64,000 nucleotides of DNA from Guillardia theta CCMP2712 (GCF_000315625.1 NW_005434647.1:356936-420935); one strand, 5' to 3'; positions 30,629-44,145 are shown, numbered from the stretch's first letter. The notes: generated by a model not told the origin, from the letters alone. Made by a program: numbers and translations.

Positions 30629-31812
30629 ATGGCCGAATCATATCAAGACCGCGAGGGAGGAGCGAAAGGGGAGGAGCCATGGTGGAGTGATCCGAGAAAT
30701 GGCCACTCGATCATCGACGACCTGTATAGATGGATGCCGAACCTCACATTGCGCATTGATAGATTCCCTCCCCATTGTCTGACGATTGTAAGTTGTTTGC
30801 TGATCAAACAGTGGGGAAGGGAGGGAGGGAGGGAGGGAGGAGAAAGGTCAAGGCTGACGCGGTACTGTTGCAGAGCGGCGCTGTCTCTCTGGCTGTGGGT
30901 GTGATATTCCTCCTCGGGGCCTTCATGAACGTGGTGGAGCCGCACTATGATAAGATCGCCCACTCTGTGCAGACTAGATGCGAGGTCATGTCTGTGACCC
31001 ACGAGAACCTTGTGGAGGACAAACTCTTCCACTACATTGTGAGGGACCAGAGCTCCGAGGCTGCCTGTCTGTGCTGACCTGCCTGTGGTTCCAGTTGAAA
31101 TTTCCCTTGCCCGGCATTCCCGGCTTGCAAGACGGAGAGGCGTTCTGCTATGGCTCACAGAAGTGCAGCGTGTATGAGGTGATGGAAACCTCCCTTGTCT
31201 CGCCAGCATGGTGAAGTTGTACCAGGTCGGCTCTGTTCACGTCTGCTACTTCAACACAGAAGATCACACTGTGAGGTTCTATACAGCCCTCTCAGGTCAC
31301 TCCACCATCCGTGTCCTGTCCTACGTGATCTTGGTAAGTCTCGTCTCTCGGCGTTGCCTATTTCTCGCTTCCCTGACCGTGTCTTGCAGACGATTCCTTT
31401 CCTCATCGGCGCCTTCTGTGCGTCTATCCCAAGACTGCAAGCTGCTCCTGACTCGCTGCCGCAGGCTGCTTGGTCCCCGCAAGCTTGCACTGGAACAGCC
31501 AGCTGAGAGAGCTTAAGGATAGCATGGAGCAGAACAACCCGTTCAAGGGCATTTCGAATCCATTCGCCTCCAAGAAGGACGAGGACGAGTACTACAGCAG
31601 CAACGATGCTGAGGGCTACTACCAGCGACAGGTGCTTACTGCCATCTAGTGTGGGATAGTCTGACGGCCCATGGGGCAGGATGAAATGTACCAGTACAGC
31701 GACGTCAACAGAAACAACAAGGTCTGTTTGCGATCTTGGTAAGGATTGTGGTGGTGGGGGGTTGACAGGTATGGCAGGATAACGGTCAGAAAAGAAGAAA
31801 CCCTGATCAGGT
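30629..31812 (+). CDS. Two-TM protein with Cys-containing loop (DUF3592/KCNMB-like topology); 3' end uncertain, possibly to about 32192
   Basis: TM1 SGAVSLAVGVIFLLGAF, loop TRCEVMSV...YEVGSVHVCYFNTED, TM2 VLSYVILTIPFLIGAFCCLV; short GT-AG introns. Confidence 0.55.
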
Positions 31813-32205
31813 GAGACTCGTTTCCCTCCTCATCGCCCTCCCTGGCTCCTACCGTTTCCTCTCCTCCCCTACCCTCCACTTCTTGTCTCACAGTGCTCGC
31901 AGTCTGGCTCTAGCTTCACGTCGGGAGTTTCATGGTTGAGAATGCAGGTGGGAGTTTAGGGGAAATCTCAATGGGGAGGTCGGAGACGGAAAGCTCTCAA
32001 CGAATGTATGCATATGTTAGTACAAGAGAGGACTAGCCGTCGTCGGTGTCTGTGTGGTTGGAAAGTCGCACTGTGACATCTCTACGAGTGGATATCCCTT
32101 GTTCACAGACGGAGGAGTCCGACGCGCTTCTCATGCTCACAATCGAGGGTTTGCTCCTCATCATGCTTTTATTGAAAACTGCTGCTACATGATGCTTTCT
32201 CGCGA

Positions 32206-35200
32206 TCACGCCAAGTACTGCCGAACATAAAATTAGGATAGGCTGAGGAGGGAGTGGGGACAACAGGAAGGGGATGGGGGGGGGGGGGGGGGGGGATGGT
32301 GATGATGATGATCGGAAGGAGACGATAATGATAGTGAGGAAGAGGAGGAGGAGTAGAAAGAGGAGTAATAACATATTTGATCACCTCGTACTTCTTGATG
32401 TCTCCTCTTTGGCGCTGCAAGAAGTCGCGCTCTATCAGGCCTTCTATTCTCTTCTTTATGATTACAGGGTTGGGGTTGAAGCGAGACTGCGCAAGAGGTC
32501 AGTGCCAGCAAAACGGCCACACACGGAGAACAACCTGCAGCTGTTTTGTGACTTCGGCGACTAATAAGTTGTGTTCCATCACTCTGTCATCACTGTCAGA
32601 TATTCTTCTGCTGCTCCTGCTCTTCCTCTTCCTCTTCCAACTCCTCCTTCTCCCCCTCCCCCTCCTCGTCATATCACCTTCTAGCTTTCATCACGCGTAC
32701 GATCGCCGCGTCAATCTGCGGGTTTCTATCTTCATTCATCTTGTTTCTCGATCTGCAGACAAGGTTCAGTTTTCTTCTGCAAGACGCAGGTCGCGTCACT
32801 TACGCTTGAACCTCCTCGTTGCTCTCCTTGGAAGCTGCGATCGTGCTGACCTGCAGGGGAAGAGTTGAGCGAAGGGGGGGGGAGGGGGAGGGAGGATACA
32901 CCACCTTGAATTTGATCAGCCGATTAGTGAACTTCGAGTTGTAGAAGAAAACATCATCCTCTGAGACATTCTTCGACTTGGGCTCCTTGACCAGCAGCTT
33001 GTGATGTGCGCATGCCAGCGATTGGAGGGTCCTCTGAAGGTCAGCCTTGGGGATGTTGGTTCCAGCCTCGATCTCCTGTTGGAGGTGGGGTGAGGAGAAC
33101 AGCAGCCGGCAGAAGCGAAGCACCTTGAAACTGAGCTGGTTCGAACCTTCGGGCGAGAAGAGGAGGAGAACGACCATGTGGAAAGTCGGGACGTTGATCT
33201 GATACCTGCGATGACGTCAACGCACGACTGCCTCACTCGTCTCATGATCTCTTACGTCTTGTCGTACTTGGCCTTCAGGTCGGCGTTGCCCATGTTAGTC
33301 TGGCAGGGGCGCGTCAAGCACAACCGACAGCATGCGGGAAGCAACAGCAGCGAGTCACCTGCCACGTCAGCTGCCTCCCGTTGTGCTGGGCGAGGTAGAA
33401 GCGCTGGAACACCATGCAGGCATGATCGATCTCGGGCGGTAGCCGACATTGCTGCGCCGGTTGCGTCGGCCAGAAGCCGGTCGTGAGCACTTTGACCTGC
33501 CAGGAGCTGAGCTGGGGGAAGAGACTTGGTGGACGACTGGACCTGAAGGTCTAGAGACAACGAGTTCCCATCCCCCTGCGAAAGGTGCCTGCTGAAGGAC
33601 TGATGCAGGTCTGCGGACGTGTGCATGTCTTTGAACATCCCCTCGAGCTTGGCAGTGAACTGGTACCTGCGATTCGGGAGGGATCAACGTGGTACATTCA
33701 TGAAAGCTGAAAGGAAGAAACGAGAGTTCACTGCAACTTACCCGCACTCTGTTTTGAGCATTTGGATGACTTTCCTTTCCAAGTCCTCAGATTGACTCCT
33801 GTGAATAGTGTCAAACAAAGATGCATTGATGGGTTCATGAAACTTTGAAACACGCCTCACCTGTCTCCCAGAAGCCGCTTTGCCAGGTGTTGTTTGAAGT
33901 ATTTCTCAAACATGTCTTTCTCCTGCAGAAAGCGGAACAGCTGCAAAGTCCTTTCCAGTACGCCCTCCGTCTTCATACCATATAATTCAGTGACTGCACA
34001 GATGCACATGCACATCGCCGCACCTGCTCCTCGCTGATGTTCGAAGGGCCACTGGACTTTGTCTTGGTGCCTCTTAAATGCGTATCCATAGCCAAAGAGA
34101 TGTACTCCGGTGATCGAGAATTCAAATTGATGAAGACTTCAAACGCCTATACTTGCAGATCAGCCCATACCGAGATCGCAAGCTCCGAATCACCTTATGG
34201 AGCTTGTTGATCAAGGATTTCTCTTTCCGAAACGCTTCTCTGACCATCCTAGTATCGTGCATTCACTCCCTTTCATCTGTACACATGCAATTCCCTGACC
34301 TATCATAATTTTCCTTGAGCTCTAGAAGTTGATGCACGAATTGCAGAGGATCTGCTTGATTCTCGAGAGACCTGTTGGAGCACTCAGGGAGCTCAATACC
34401 AATGTAACAAGAGTCATACATGACAATTTCACGCCCTTTCTGTCCCACGTGATCGGCAACCTTTCCTTCAATGATATCTGTGCCGCCCTGCACACGAGAG
34501 AATCTGTATAGAGGGGATTAGCACACCGGCAGTTGTCAATAGCGAGACCCTACAGATCAAACATGCTCTTCAGTTCCTGAATCCTGAAGTCCTCCAGCAG
34601 GCGGATCAGCCCGGAACCTAGATGGGTTCAAACTCAGCATGTGACAAGACCTCGGTTGACGTTTGAAACCTTCTTTCTCCACAAGACTCATCATGTGCCT
34701 TCCTATCAGCTCATTTTCCACCGTTTGTTTAATACCAGAGTCTCCGGCGTTGTAATCTATCGACCTGCCAAGTACATCTCACTCGAGCCACAAGCAAGGC
34801 CTAGACGTACAGGCAGGAAGAAACTCTCTCTGATTCTTCTAATAGTTTGGCTTCGACCTGGATATCATATCAAAACTCATCAAGCATCCAGACTTTGACT
34901 CTACATAGCGAAGATATTCTGGTGTTGAGCTTCCTGTGATTAGACTCTCGGATTGCACCATGTAGTATTGCTGCGAGCTCTCAATGAAACTGTACAGATT
35001 TCAGAATATCATCAATTTGCGCAAGACAGATACTCACGGTTTTTCAAGGTCTTCATGAAAGACAGATTTCCCCATTTCCTGGAGCATCTGTGAAATGCTT
35101 CGCAGAATATCCCGTTCAATCTTTTCGCCATCACGCTCCCTTCTTATCAGCTCAAGGGTCCTGATCCACATGTCTTCAACATGACAATATCGATCATTCA

Positions 35201-35883
35201 TAACACGATCTCACAGCCTGCGAAGCCTGTCCTTCACGCCAGCAGCTCGAACACAGTGTTGGCAGAAGATGCCCAGTCCCATGTCATAAACCTGCGAGGA
35301 GAGGAGAGTCAGCGGAGCCCATGAGCTGATCGACGGGTCGACGAACACAAGGTATGCAGCGCAGAAATCAAGAGGAGCTGAGAGGCTACCGGCTTCTTTT
35401 GGTTCTGTTTGACGTACGTGCGATCCATGTACATCAGGATGTCCTGTACCATCTGCAGGCTCCTCTTGTACTCGGTCCATATCTTCTTGAGCGAGCTCAG
35501 GAACCTGCGACGGCTCTCAGACAGAGACAGCTACTTGTAGACAGGGCTGAATCACGTTTCATCTGTATTCTTCTCCACCCTCTCGCACAACTCCATCGAT
35601 CGCCGCTTCAACGTAGCATCCACGTTGTTGTACAGCATGTCTCCGTGTTTATGCAGAACCATGTTGTAACCCGTCCTGTACAGCTCTTCAAAGCTAAGTT
35701 CTCCTGCATTCTCATTGAAAATTTGGATGATGGCTCCTTCTAACTTTTCCCAGGAACTGTTGCAGGAATGAGGGGCTGAGGTGAGAAAAACATTCAACTT
35801 CACCGCTTCGGCATGTCTGCATCCTTGGGAGGCTGTGTTTTGAAGGCATGTATCACAAAGGCGCTCTTTTTCTGCTGAGACAT
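32206..35883 (-). CDS. CUL3: Cullin-3
   Basis: [14 protein letters not shown]; [23 protein letters not shown]; [17 protein letters not shown]; neddylation motif [12 protein letters not shown]; terminal exon YLA*. Confidence 0.93.
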
Positions 35884-36569
35884 GTTTCCTCTTCAACCCT
35901 TTCCTTGCTGATATCACAAAATGTCAGCTGCCCTTTGCACATCAGTCGCTATGAGCAGTTCTACGGTCAACTATGATCCAGCTCGCAAACTGTCGCCTCT
36001 CCCCGCCCCCTGTTCTACGTGGACCAGCTGCCTTTATCAGATCATATTCTCTCTTCTCTCTCCCTCATCTTCTGCTCGCCGCCGCCTCCGCCTCCACCGT
36101 TCCCGCTCTTACCTGCGCAGCTACTGCATGGTCATCGTTCTCCACCCCCTAAACCCAACCTGTCTCATCGGTAATGTTGACCTACCCCTCAAATCTTCCT
36201 CACCCCACCCCCCAGCTAGAGCATTCTCAATACAAGTGCACTGGTATGATGTACGGGTACTCTTGAATGGAGGGTGATTCCCATTACCCCTACCCCCAAC
36301 TGAGCCTTGCCACTACCCCTACCCCATCATCTGGATTACCGCTCAAGTTACTTTCCAAGGAGGTTGTGACCACAGAAGTTGGTAGACCAGACCATTCCGG
36401 CCCGCCGGGCCCGGGCCGCGGCCCGCCGTGAGTCGACCGTGGTCCGATCCGATCATCAGTGACTGATGGAACGTATGCCAGCCGTGCCAGTCAGATAGCG
36501 CCGAGTTAACAAAAACTCTCCTGTAAACCAAGACGACTTACGTGGCAAGGCGGACGATGTAGCGTGTGG

Positions 36570-36742
36570 GACGAAGAAGGGGGCTTTCCAAGCCGTCTTG
36601 CTAAGGTCCTCTCATGTCTGGATGCTTGGGTTTCACATCCTAGCATACAGTCTATCTCTCATGTGCTCCTCAATTCTGGTTTTGTGTGCATTAAACTCGG
36701 TCTTGAGCAAAAACTGTCTTGTTACAACTAAGGTCGATGTGA
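36570..36742 (+). repeat. Dispersed repeat copy 1 (about 175 bp; inverted copy at 61223-61431)
   Basis: Colinear match including exact 22-mer CTGGATGCTTGGGTTTCACATC. Confidence 0.9.
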
Positions 36743-36779
36743 CCGTCTGCGTGACTTTGGACTAGTACAAGTCTAACAA

Positions 36780-37420
36780 ACTTGTATTCCGTCAGTGACT
36801 CCGACCCGGGACTTGGAGTCCGGCGGACTCCCGAGCCGGAACTCTGCCAAGTGGTCGCCCGGCGATCGGACAGACCGTAAAACGCCGGGCGGCCGGCGGT
36901 GACTCGGACCCGCCGGGTAGTACCGTCCGGTCCCATGATCCGATCAGCCGCACGGTCCGGCCCGGTGCCTCGGACCCGACCGACGGCGGTACGGTAGGGG
37001 CCGTGCCACTTTCGGGTGCCACTGACCGTCACGGCGTAACGGTAGTCACTGAGTACCGGGGGACCCGCGGCCGCCCCGCGGCGCCCGGCCGGTTCCGATC
37101 TCAACGGTTGCCCGGCGTACGGCCCCCGGCCGGGCTGCTGCAGGACCATCGGAAGGGCCTGGCCGGGCACAGTTCGCCGGAGTTCACTCACTACTGTCAC
37201 TGCGGCCCGGACCAGCCTGACGGTCCACTCGGATCGTCGACGGTTCCGGTCACTCAGGACCGTAGTACCGCGCGGCGCGGCGCGGCCGGTGATCGGACAG
37301 TCCGGGCGCCGCCGGGCCGCCCGGCGGCCCGGCGGCGCCACCACTCAGTGGCCCGGCGCCAAGACCGCTAGCGTCACGGTGACTCGTTCAGAGTTGGGCA
37401 TGGATCCTCAAGCCATGCCG
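36780..37420. repeat. GC-rich palindromic-word tract (also 36390-36500)
   Basis: CCGG/GGCC, GTCACTGAGTACC and GATCCGATC words as in the other tracts. Confidence 0.6.
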
Positions 37421-37927
37421 TGACGGTCATGGAGGGAAGAGGAAGGGGGGAGGGAAGGGGGAGGGAGAAAGATGGCGAGGGATCGAGGGTTCGAGGGAAA
37501 AGCATGAGGAGGGAGAGTGAGGAGAGGAATAGGAGAGAGGGAGAAGGGGAGTAAGGTAGGGAGGGGAGTAAGAGCACAAGGAAGGTTAAATCTAGGTGAG
37601 GGAGAGATGGGAGACCAGGCATGGAGGAAGGGAGAGGACAAGAGCGATAGGATGTAAGAGGCGAGATCAGGACAACCACCCAGATGTCTTGTTGTCAGTC
37701 TCATGGGCAGCATGGTGGAGTCGTTTTCTTTGTTTCATGTCACCCGTGCTCCTGAACATGTTGGTACCCCTTCCTCCTTCGTTTGCTCCGGTTTGCCTGT
37801 TCCATTTATGTCATTGAACTGGGTTTCCTTGTTGATTTTCACGGATTCGACCAGGTTGCCAAAATTCCGAGCCGAGAATCGTAGCGAACATCGTTCATCT
37901 CCAGCAGCAAGGGAGCAGAAACTAGCA

Positions 37928-40900
37928 ATGGAGCCAGCGGGAGTTGCTCCCTCCTTCTCTCCTCAAGACCTCAAGGAATGGATTGACTCCAGCAGGAAGA
38001 ATGATATACAGACGTTGAGGAGGCTGTTTGCCAAGGACTCCTCCCTGCTGAATGCCAAGCAGGGGGGGTTGGGGAATACTGCCCTCCACTGGGCAGCAGC
38101 GCGCGACTACTGCGACATCGTGGAGTTCCTGGTGAAGAGCAGCGCAAGTCTGAGCATCAAGAACAACAGCGGTTCCACTCCTCTGCATTCCGCAGCAGCC
38201 AACGGAAGCACCAGGGCGCTGAAGATTCTACTGCAGTCTGGGGTGGACCTCAGCGTACAGGACGAAGATGGTCTGACAGCGCTGGACATAGCCAGCAAGC
38301 GCATCTCGAACGCCGAGCAAGCTGCTGCAGAGGGGAAGCAGGATCGTGAAGAGAATCAATCGTTCTTGGAGACGATGAGGGAGGTAGAGGAGCTGCTTGA
38401 GCTCCAACAACTCATCAACCTCCTAAGGTCTGACGAGTCGGAGGAGGCATGGAATCTGCACAACTTGAACTCTGTGCTGTCGCTGGCAAACATTGATAGG
38501 GCTGGGCTGCTGGACAAAGAGGATCTTTCGAGACGGGTGAAGCAGTATCTTAGCGACCTTGAGGAAGGGAAGGCCCCACTCCGCCAGGCTAAATCGTTCC
38601 TGCAATCCAGGTATGGCCGAACTGAGGACGGGCACGGTGGTCAAAGGAGCCAAGGAGCTGAGACCAGGGGCGGACAGGACTCAGCAGCAAGCTCAGGAGC
38701 GTCGTCCGACAATGACAAGGTAGCGAAGCTGAAACAGAAGGGAAATGAAGCCTTCGGCAATAAGGACATGCCGGGTGCGATCCGCTATTACACGATGGCA
38801 ATCCGTCTGGACGAACACAACCATGTCATGTACAGCAATCGTTCAGCAGCGTATGCGGCTCTTGGCGACTGGTTCCGAGCCCTTGAAGATGCTGAGTTCG
38901 CCATTGAGCTGAGGCCCGATTGGGCTAGAGGATACTCCCGGAAGGGAGCAGCATTGGCCGGTCGTGGGATCTTTGATAAGGCAGTGGAGGCGTATAAGAA
39001 GGGACTTGAGTTGGAGCCAAACAACCAGCAGATGCAAGAGGCGCTTCGCGATGCAGAATTCAAGTGGGCGACTGGTGCCAAAGGCAAACCAGCCATGGAC
39101 GTCAGGGGAAAAGGATCCCAACGGAAGCAAGATAACGATGATGACGACAACGATGATAATGCTGAATCCTGTGAGTCGTCAGCTCAACAGGATGCGAAAG
39201 AAGTGAAGAAGCCTAAGAAGGAGCCGGAAGGCAATCGTCACTCGGTGACCAAAGACATGGGAAAGCAATGGCTCAAGGCCGCCAAGGAGGGAAACCTCAA
39301 AACACTCAAGTCTCTCTTGGAGGAGAGACCAGAGATCCTACGGTATCAGGGAGCTGGCACGAGACAAGCCTCTGTCGGGCATTCCGCTCTGCACTGGTGC
39401 GCAGCCAAGGGCCATTCCGAGTGCTTGGAGTTCCTGCTGGAGTCCAAGGCTGATCCAGATGTGCAGAACAACGGGGGATCCACTCCCCTCCATGCAGCTG
39501 CGCAGAACGGCCAAGAGTCGTGCGTGCAAGTGCTCCTGAGGTACAAGGCAGACCCGGGGATAAGAGACAAGGGGGGAGCGAATGCGGAGCAGTCAGCAGC
39601 GAGGATAGGACACAGTCTCTCGCCGAGCATCTTGTCCCTGCTGCAGGGAGACGAGAGGGCGGCGCAGAAAAGTCCGGAGACTCAGCAGGACCATCCTGAC
39701 AGCGAAGAGGCTGAGGAAGAGAAGGATGCCTCGACGCTCAAGGAGAAAGGAAACGCCATGTTTGCCGAGAAGAAGTTCGCCGAGGCCGTCAAGTACTACT
39801 CGAAGGCGTTGAAGCTCGATGCCAGCAACAAGATCCTTTTCAGTAACAGGTCGGCCGCCTACCTGGGTCTCGGCCGGTGCAAGGCAAGTTGGCGTCCCCT
39901 CGGTCATATGTTGCCATCTTGACGCCAAGGACAGGAGGCGATCCGAGACGCCCAGCAGTGTATCGACCTGGACCCTGACTGGGCCAAGGGTTACTCAAGG
40001 AAGGTGCGTGCTGGAAGCCGAGGAGGCTGCGCTGGAGCTGACGAGCCCTCAGGGAGCCGCTTGTCTACAGTGCGGGGACACATACGATGCCGTTGTCTGC
40101 TATCGCACGGGGCTCGAGAAAGACCCGAGCAACGGGGCCATGCAGGCAAGACGTCCTTGTCCTGGGCGCCATGAGCCGCCGCTGAAGTGAAGTGAACGCA
40201 GGACGCACTGAAGAACGCGGAGGTCCGACTGCGTGAACTGACGGCTCAGTGGTGCCGAGGAGGCAGGGTTGTGCTCTCCTCCTCCCCTGATCGCTCTTGC
40301 CAGGGACGAGCTGCCGTGCTCCGACGACGAAGACGGCGAGAGGAGCCGGGGAGAGGATGGTGGAGCTCGTGCAGGCGATCTCGACGAGTGGTGGGCGGAG
40401 AGGCGCGGAGGGGGGAGCAAGTCCAACTTCGAAGCTCCTCGTGAGATCGATTTTGCCGACCAATCAGTTCCGAGACAGGTCGAAGTTCAAAGTCCCTTCC
40501 TCTCGACCTCTCCACCCTCCTCCTCTCTGGGACCCCTCGCTCACGATTCCTTTGCAGGTGGGAAAAGAGTTCATGGACGCTGCCAAGAACGGGCACCAGG
40601 TCATCCCCTCCTCCTACCCCCTCCCCCGTCAACGCGTCAGCTGAGATACCTGCTGGCAGCCGACCCTCGAGCGAATGCTCCTCGAGAGACCAGACCTGCT
40701 CTGGTATCGAGGGCAGGTCAGTCAGAAGGAGGAGATGAATCGGTGCTCCGGGTGACCACAGCGGCAGGGAACGTCATACGGGTTCGTCGGGCACAGTGCT
40801 CTCCATTTCACCGCTGCCAAGGGTGGGAGAAGAGGAGGGGAGGGAGAGAGCAAGAGAGAGAGGCCAGGATGGCAGAGAGCGGCAGAGAGAGGAGGAAGAG

Positions 40901-42626
40901 GAAGAGATGGAGGGACAGGCGGGAGGGAGGGACAGGCGGGAGAGAGTGAGGGAGAGGATGGGAGGGAAAGGACGGGAGCGTCACACTGCCGGCCAGGTCA
41001 CATGGACTGCATGCGCCTCCTCATGCTCGCCGGCGCGGATGTGAACGCGCAGAACAGAGGAGGGACGTCAGTGAGTTGGGGAGAGGTGGCGGTGCGTGGC
41101 AGTCGCTCAAGCTCTCGGGCAGGTCCTCCACTCCGCCGCCATGAACGACAACGTGCAGGCCGTAGAGCTGCTGCTGAGCAGCGGAGCGAACCCCAACACC
41201 CCCGATCAGGTTTTGCTGGACTCAAGCTGGGAGGAGCCTGGAGGAGCTAGGTGACCGTCGTGCAGGATGGGGAGAAGGCTGAGGACAGCGCGAGGAGGAG
41301 GAGCAAGACTTCAGCTGCGAACGCGATCGCCAAGTTCTCGAGGTCCTCGGTTACCGATCTGATCTCGGTCTGCATGCCCAAGGACAAGAACGCGAGGGAG
41401 AGGTCCGTTCCTCCTCCCGCCCCCCTGCTGCTCGCCTGAGCCATAGGACGCGGCAGGATGAGGGCATTTCTGGTCAAGCTTGACCAGGCCAAGGCAAAGT
41501 TTGCCGAGAGCCACGAGGGCAAGCAGGAGAGCGGGTCCTCTGCTGCTGATGTCAAGGCTGAACCCCTGAGTCGGGAGGAGGGCAGGGACAAGGAGTCGGT
41601 CGATGGCGGGGAAGGTTCACCCCCGATGCTGCTGACGTACAGCTCGTGAAAATTTCTCCAGGGAGTTCGAATGGGAGACATGAAGGGCCCGGATTCGCTG
41701 AGGAGAAGAAGGAGAACAAGGAGAAAAAGGAGAAAAAGGTACTTCCCTCCCTTGCCTCCGTCCCCTTTCCCTCCCTTCCCCTCCCATCTCTCTCCTCCCC
41801 CCCCCCTTACTGAAACTTGTGATGTCAGCGGGTGGCGAAACAAGAGGATTTGAGCTCAGACTCCGACGACGGCAGCTCCAGCGAGGTTCAGCTGCTCCCC
41901 AGCTGCAGGGGACGCTGAAAGTCCCTTGTCAGGCGATGAAAAAGAAAGTTGAGGCGGTCAAGATGAAAGGTGATGCGGCGTTCAAGCGCAAAGACTACAC
42001 AGCAGCGGTACGTCACGTCAACTGGAGTCCTCCTGGCTGTCTGACGTCCTTCCCTGGTCAAGGTTGCGAGCTACTCCATCGCGGTCCGGCTGGACCCTAA
42101 CAACCACATCCTCCTCTCCAACCGCTCGGCCGCCTACGCTGGCCTTGAGGACTACGAGCATGCTCTTGTTCGTGCTCAGCGAGCTTTCCTGCCGTATTTG
42201 ATTGAGCTGCTGGTCCAGGAGGATGCGAACAAGGTCGTCAAACTCGCTCCTGACTGGGCCAAGGGATACTCGAGGAAGGGAGCAGCGTTGCACGGACAGC
42301 GGCAGTGGGCGGAAGCCGTGAAGGCAAGAGAGAGAGGGAGAGGAGGGGAAAGGGAGGGGACGCAGAGGAAGGGATGGAGAAGAAAGAGGAGGACACAGGG
42401 ATGGAAGAGGAGGGAGGAGGAGGAGGAGGAGCAAGATGGGGAGGAGCTGAATCCCTGGCAGGTCTACAAGCAAGGTTTGAAGCTTGACCCCGACAATGCC
42501 TTGCTCAAGGTGGGAGAGGTTCTTGGGGCAGAGGGGGGACGTGACTCGCCTTGACAGGACGGTGTCAACACAGCCATCGCGTCCATCCGGGAGGCTACAG
42601 GAGAAGAACCAACGTGGCTGTACTAG
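37928..42626 (+). CDS. (Ankyrin - STI1/HOP-like TPR) x3 protein
   Basis: [25 protein letters not shown] followed by [11 protein letters not shown]...SNRSAAY...[11 protein letters not shown]; module repeated three times; an alternative upstream ATG exists at 37703. Confidence 0.85.
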
Positions 42627-42869
42627 GATGACACGAGAGTAGCAGATACGAATAACCACTCACAGTAGCTGGAGAGCTCACGAGGAGGAGGAGGAGGAGG
42701 AGGAGGAGGAGGGCGAGCGCCAGGAGGCCCGGAGAGGTGGCCCGGAAGAACGGGGGAAGGAGATACCAACTTCCAGGGAAGTAGCAGGATCTCCAAAGGA
42801 GGATGCGGAGAAGGGATGAGTTGGGGAAACGAGGAGGATGAGAGGAGAAGAGGAGGAGGCTGTGGACCC

Positions 42870-44145
42870 TTAGAGGGTGGAGGGGATGGTCGCCAGGGTA
42901 GCCCGGAGGCTCTTAAGGGCAGCCAGCTCGTTGGTGAGGGTTTCAGCCTCTGCCTCGAGCATCTCGAAGGAGCGATTGGACTCTTCTTGCTTCTCCCTTA
43001 GCTTCGCGCTCAGCTCCTCCATCTCTGCGCACCCCCCCTCATCGTCAGTCCTCTGGCAACCCACAGCCTCCTCCCGTCCTCACCCTGAAGGAGCGACCTG
43101 TACACCTCCTTGGGGGGAGCGCTGGCCCCCAGCAACGTCTTGCGAGCCGTCGCGTGCTTCGTCAGCTCCTGCATGCGAAACTTGTAGTCCAGGGCCTTGT
43201 CCAACATATCTCCCTCCATCGGCGTGTTCTTGAAAGCTCGTCAGGCACGATCGGAGGAGAAGGAGGAGGATGAAGAGAAGAAAGATAGCAACTAGAAGAG
43301 AGAATGAGGTGGAGGGCATTGGGGATGAAGACAACAGGATGATAATAATGATGTTGGGGAGGAGGAGGAGCAGGGGGGTGAAAGGATGAGAATCGTTTTC
43401 ACCCTGATGAGGCTTATGTGAAGGATTCGATCTTTCCTCGCCACCTCCAGCTCCACCCGCGTGAATGGCAGGCCCTTGACCATGTTTGCGATCTCTTCTA
43501 CTGTCGATCCGGCCACGTCCTGCCTGCCTGTCACTGTGAAGGTTCAGCAGGGAGGGAGGAGACCTGGTTGTCGATGGAGAGGATGTAGTCGTCAAGGCAG
43601 AGCCTCTCCGAGAGCTGCGCGGGGCCTCCATGCAGGAGCTTGAGGACCTGAAGGCCCTTGCCGTCGAAAGGAGCGAGAATCTGCGGGGTATATGAGAAGC
43701 AAAGAAGAGGAAGGAGGAAGAGGATGGAGAAGGGGAAGGAGGAGGAGGAGGAGGAGAGGGGATTTGAGACGGACCAGGCCGAGCCCAGCGATCGAGTCAG
43801 GACATTGGCTGTACTGCGAGTGCTTCCTCATCAGGGTGACTCTCTCCGAGGGCCCGTCCCCACCCTTCACTATCGTCAGCTCCACAAGGGTCCCTTCCTC
43901 CCCGAGTATGCGCTTGGTTGCCTTGGCAGGAGAGCCGTCAGCCCGCTGGCACAGCATGGCGGCGCAGAGGGCACCTGCTCCACATGGCGGAACGCCTCGC
44001 CATTGACCGCCACTATGTGGTCGTTGAGGGCAAGGCAACCGCTGAAATGGGAGGGGGAGCCCCAGCCTACGTTGGTAATGGACAGCCTGCCGACATCAAC
44101 CTGCAGGAGAGCCGCCCCGATGCCCGCCTTGACGCCTTCCGGCAT
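42870..44145 (-). CDS. Two-PDZ protein with C-terminal coiled coil
   Basis: AGIGAAL...DHIVAVNG...GEEGTLVELTI; AGLGLIL...DYILSID...KGLPFTRVELEV; EELSAKLREKQEESN coil. Confidence 0.7.
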
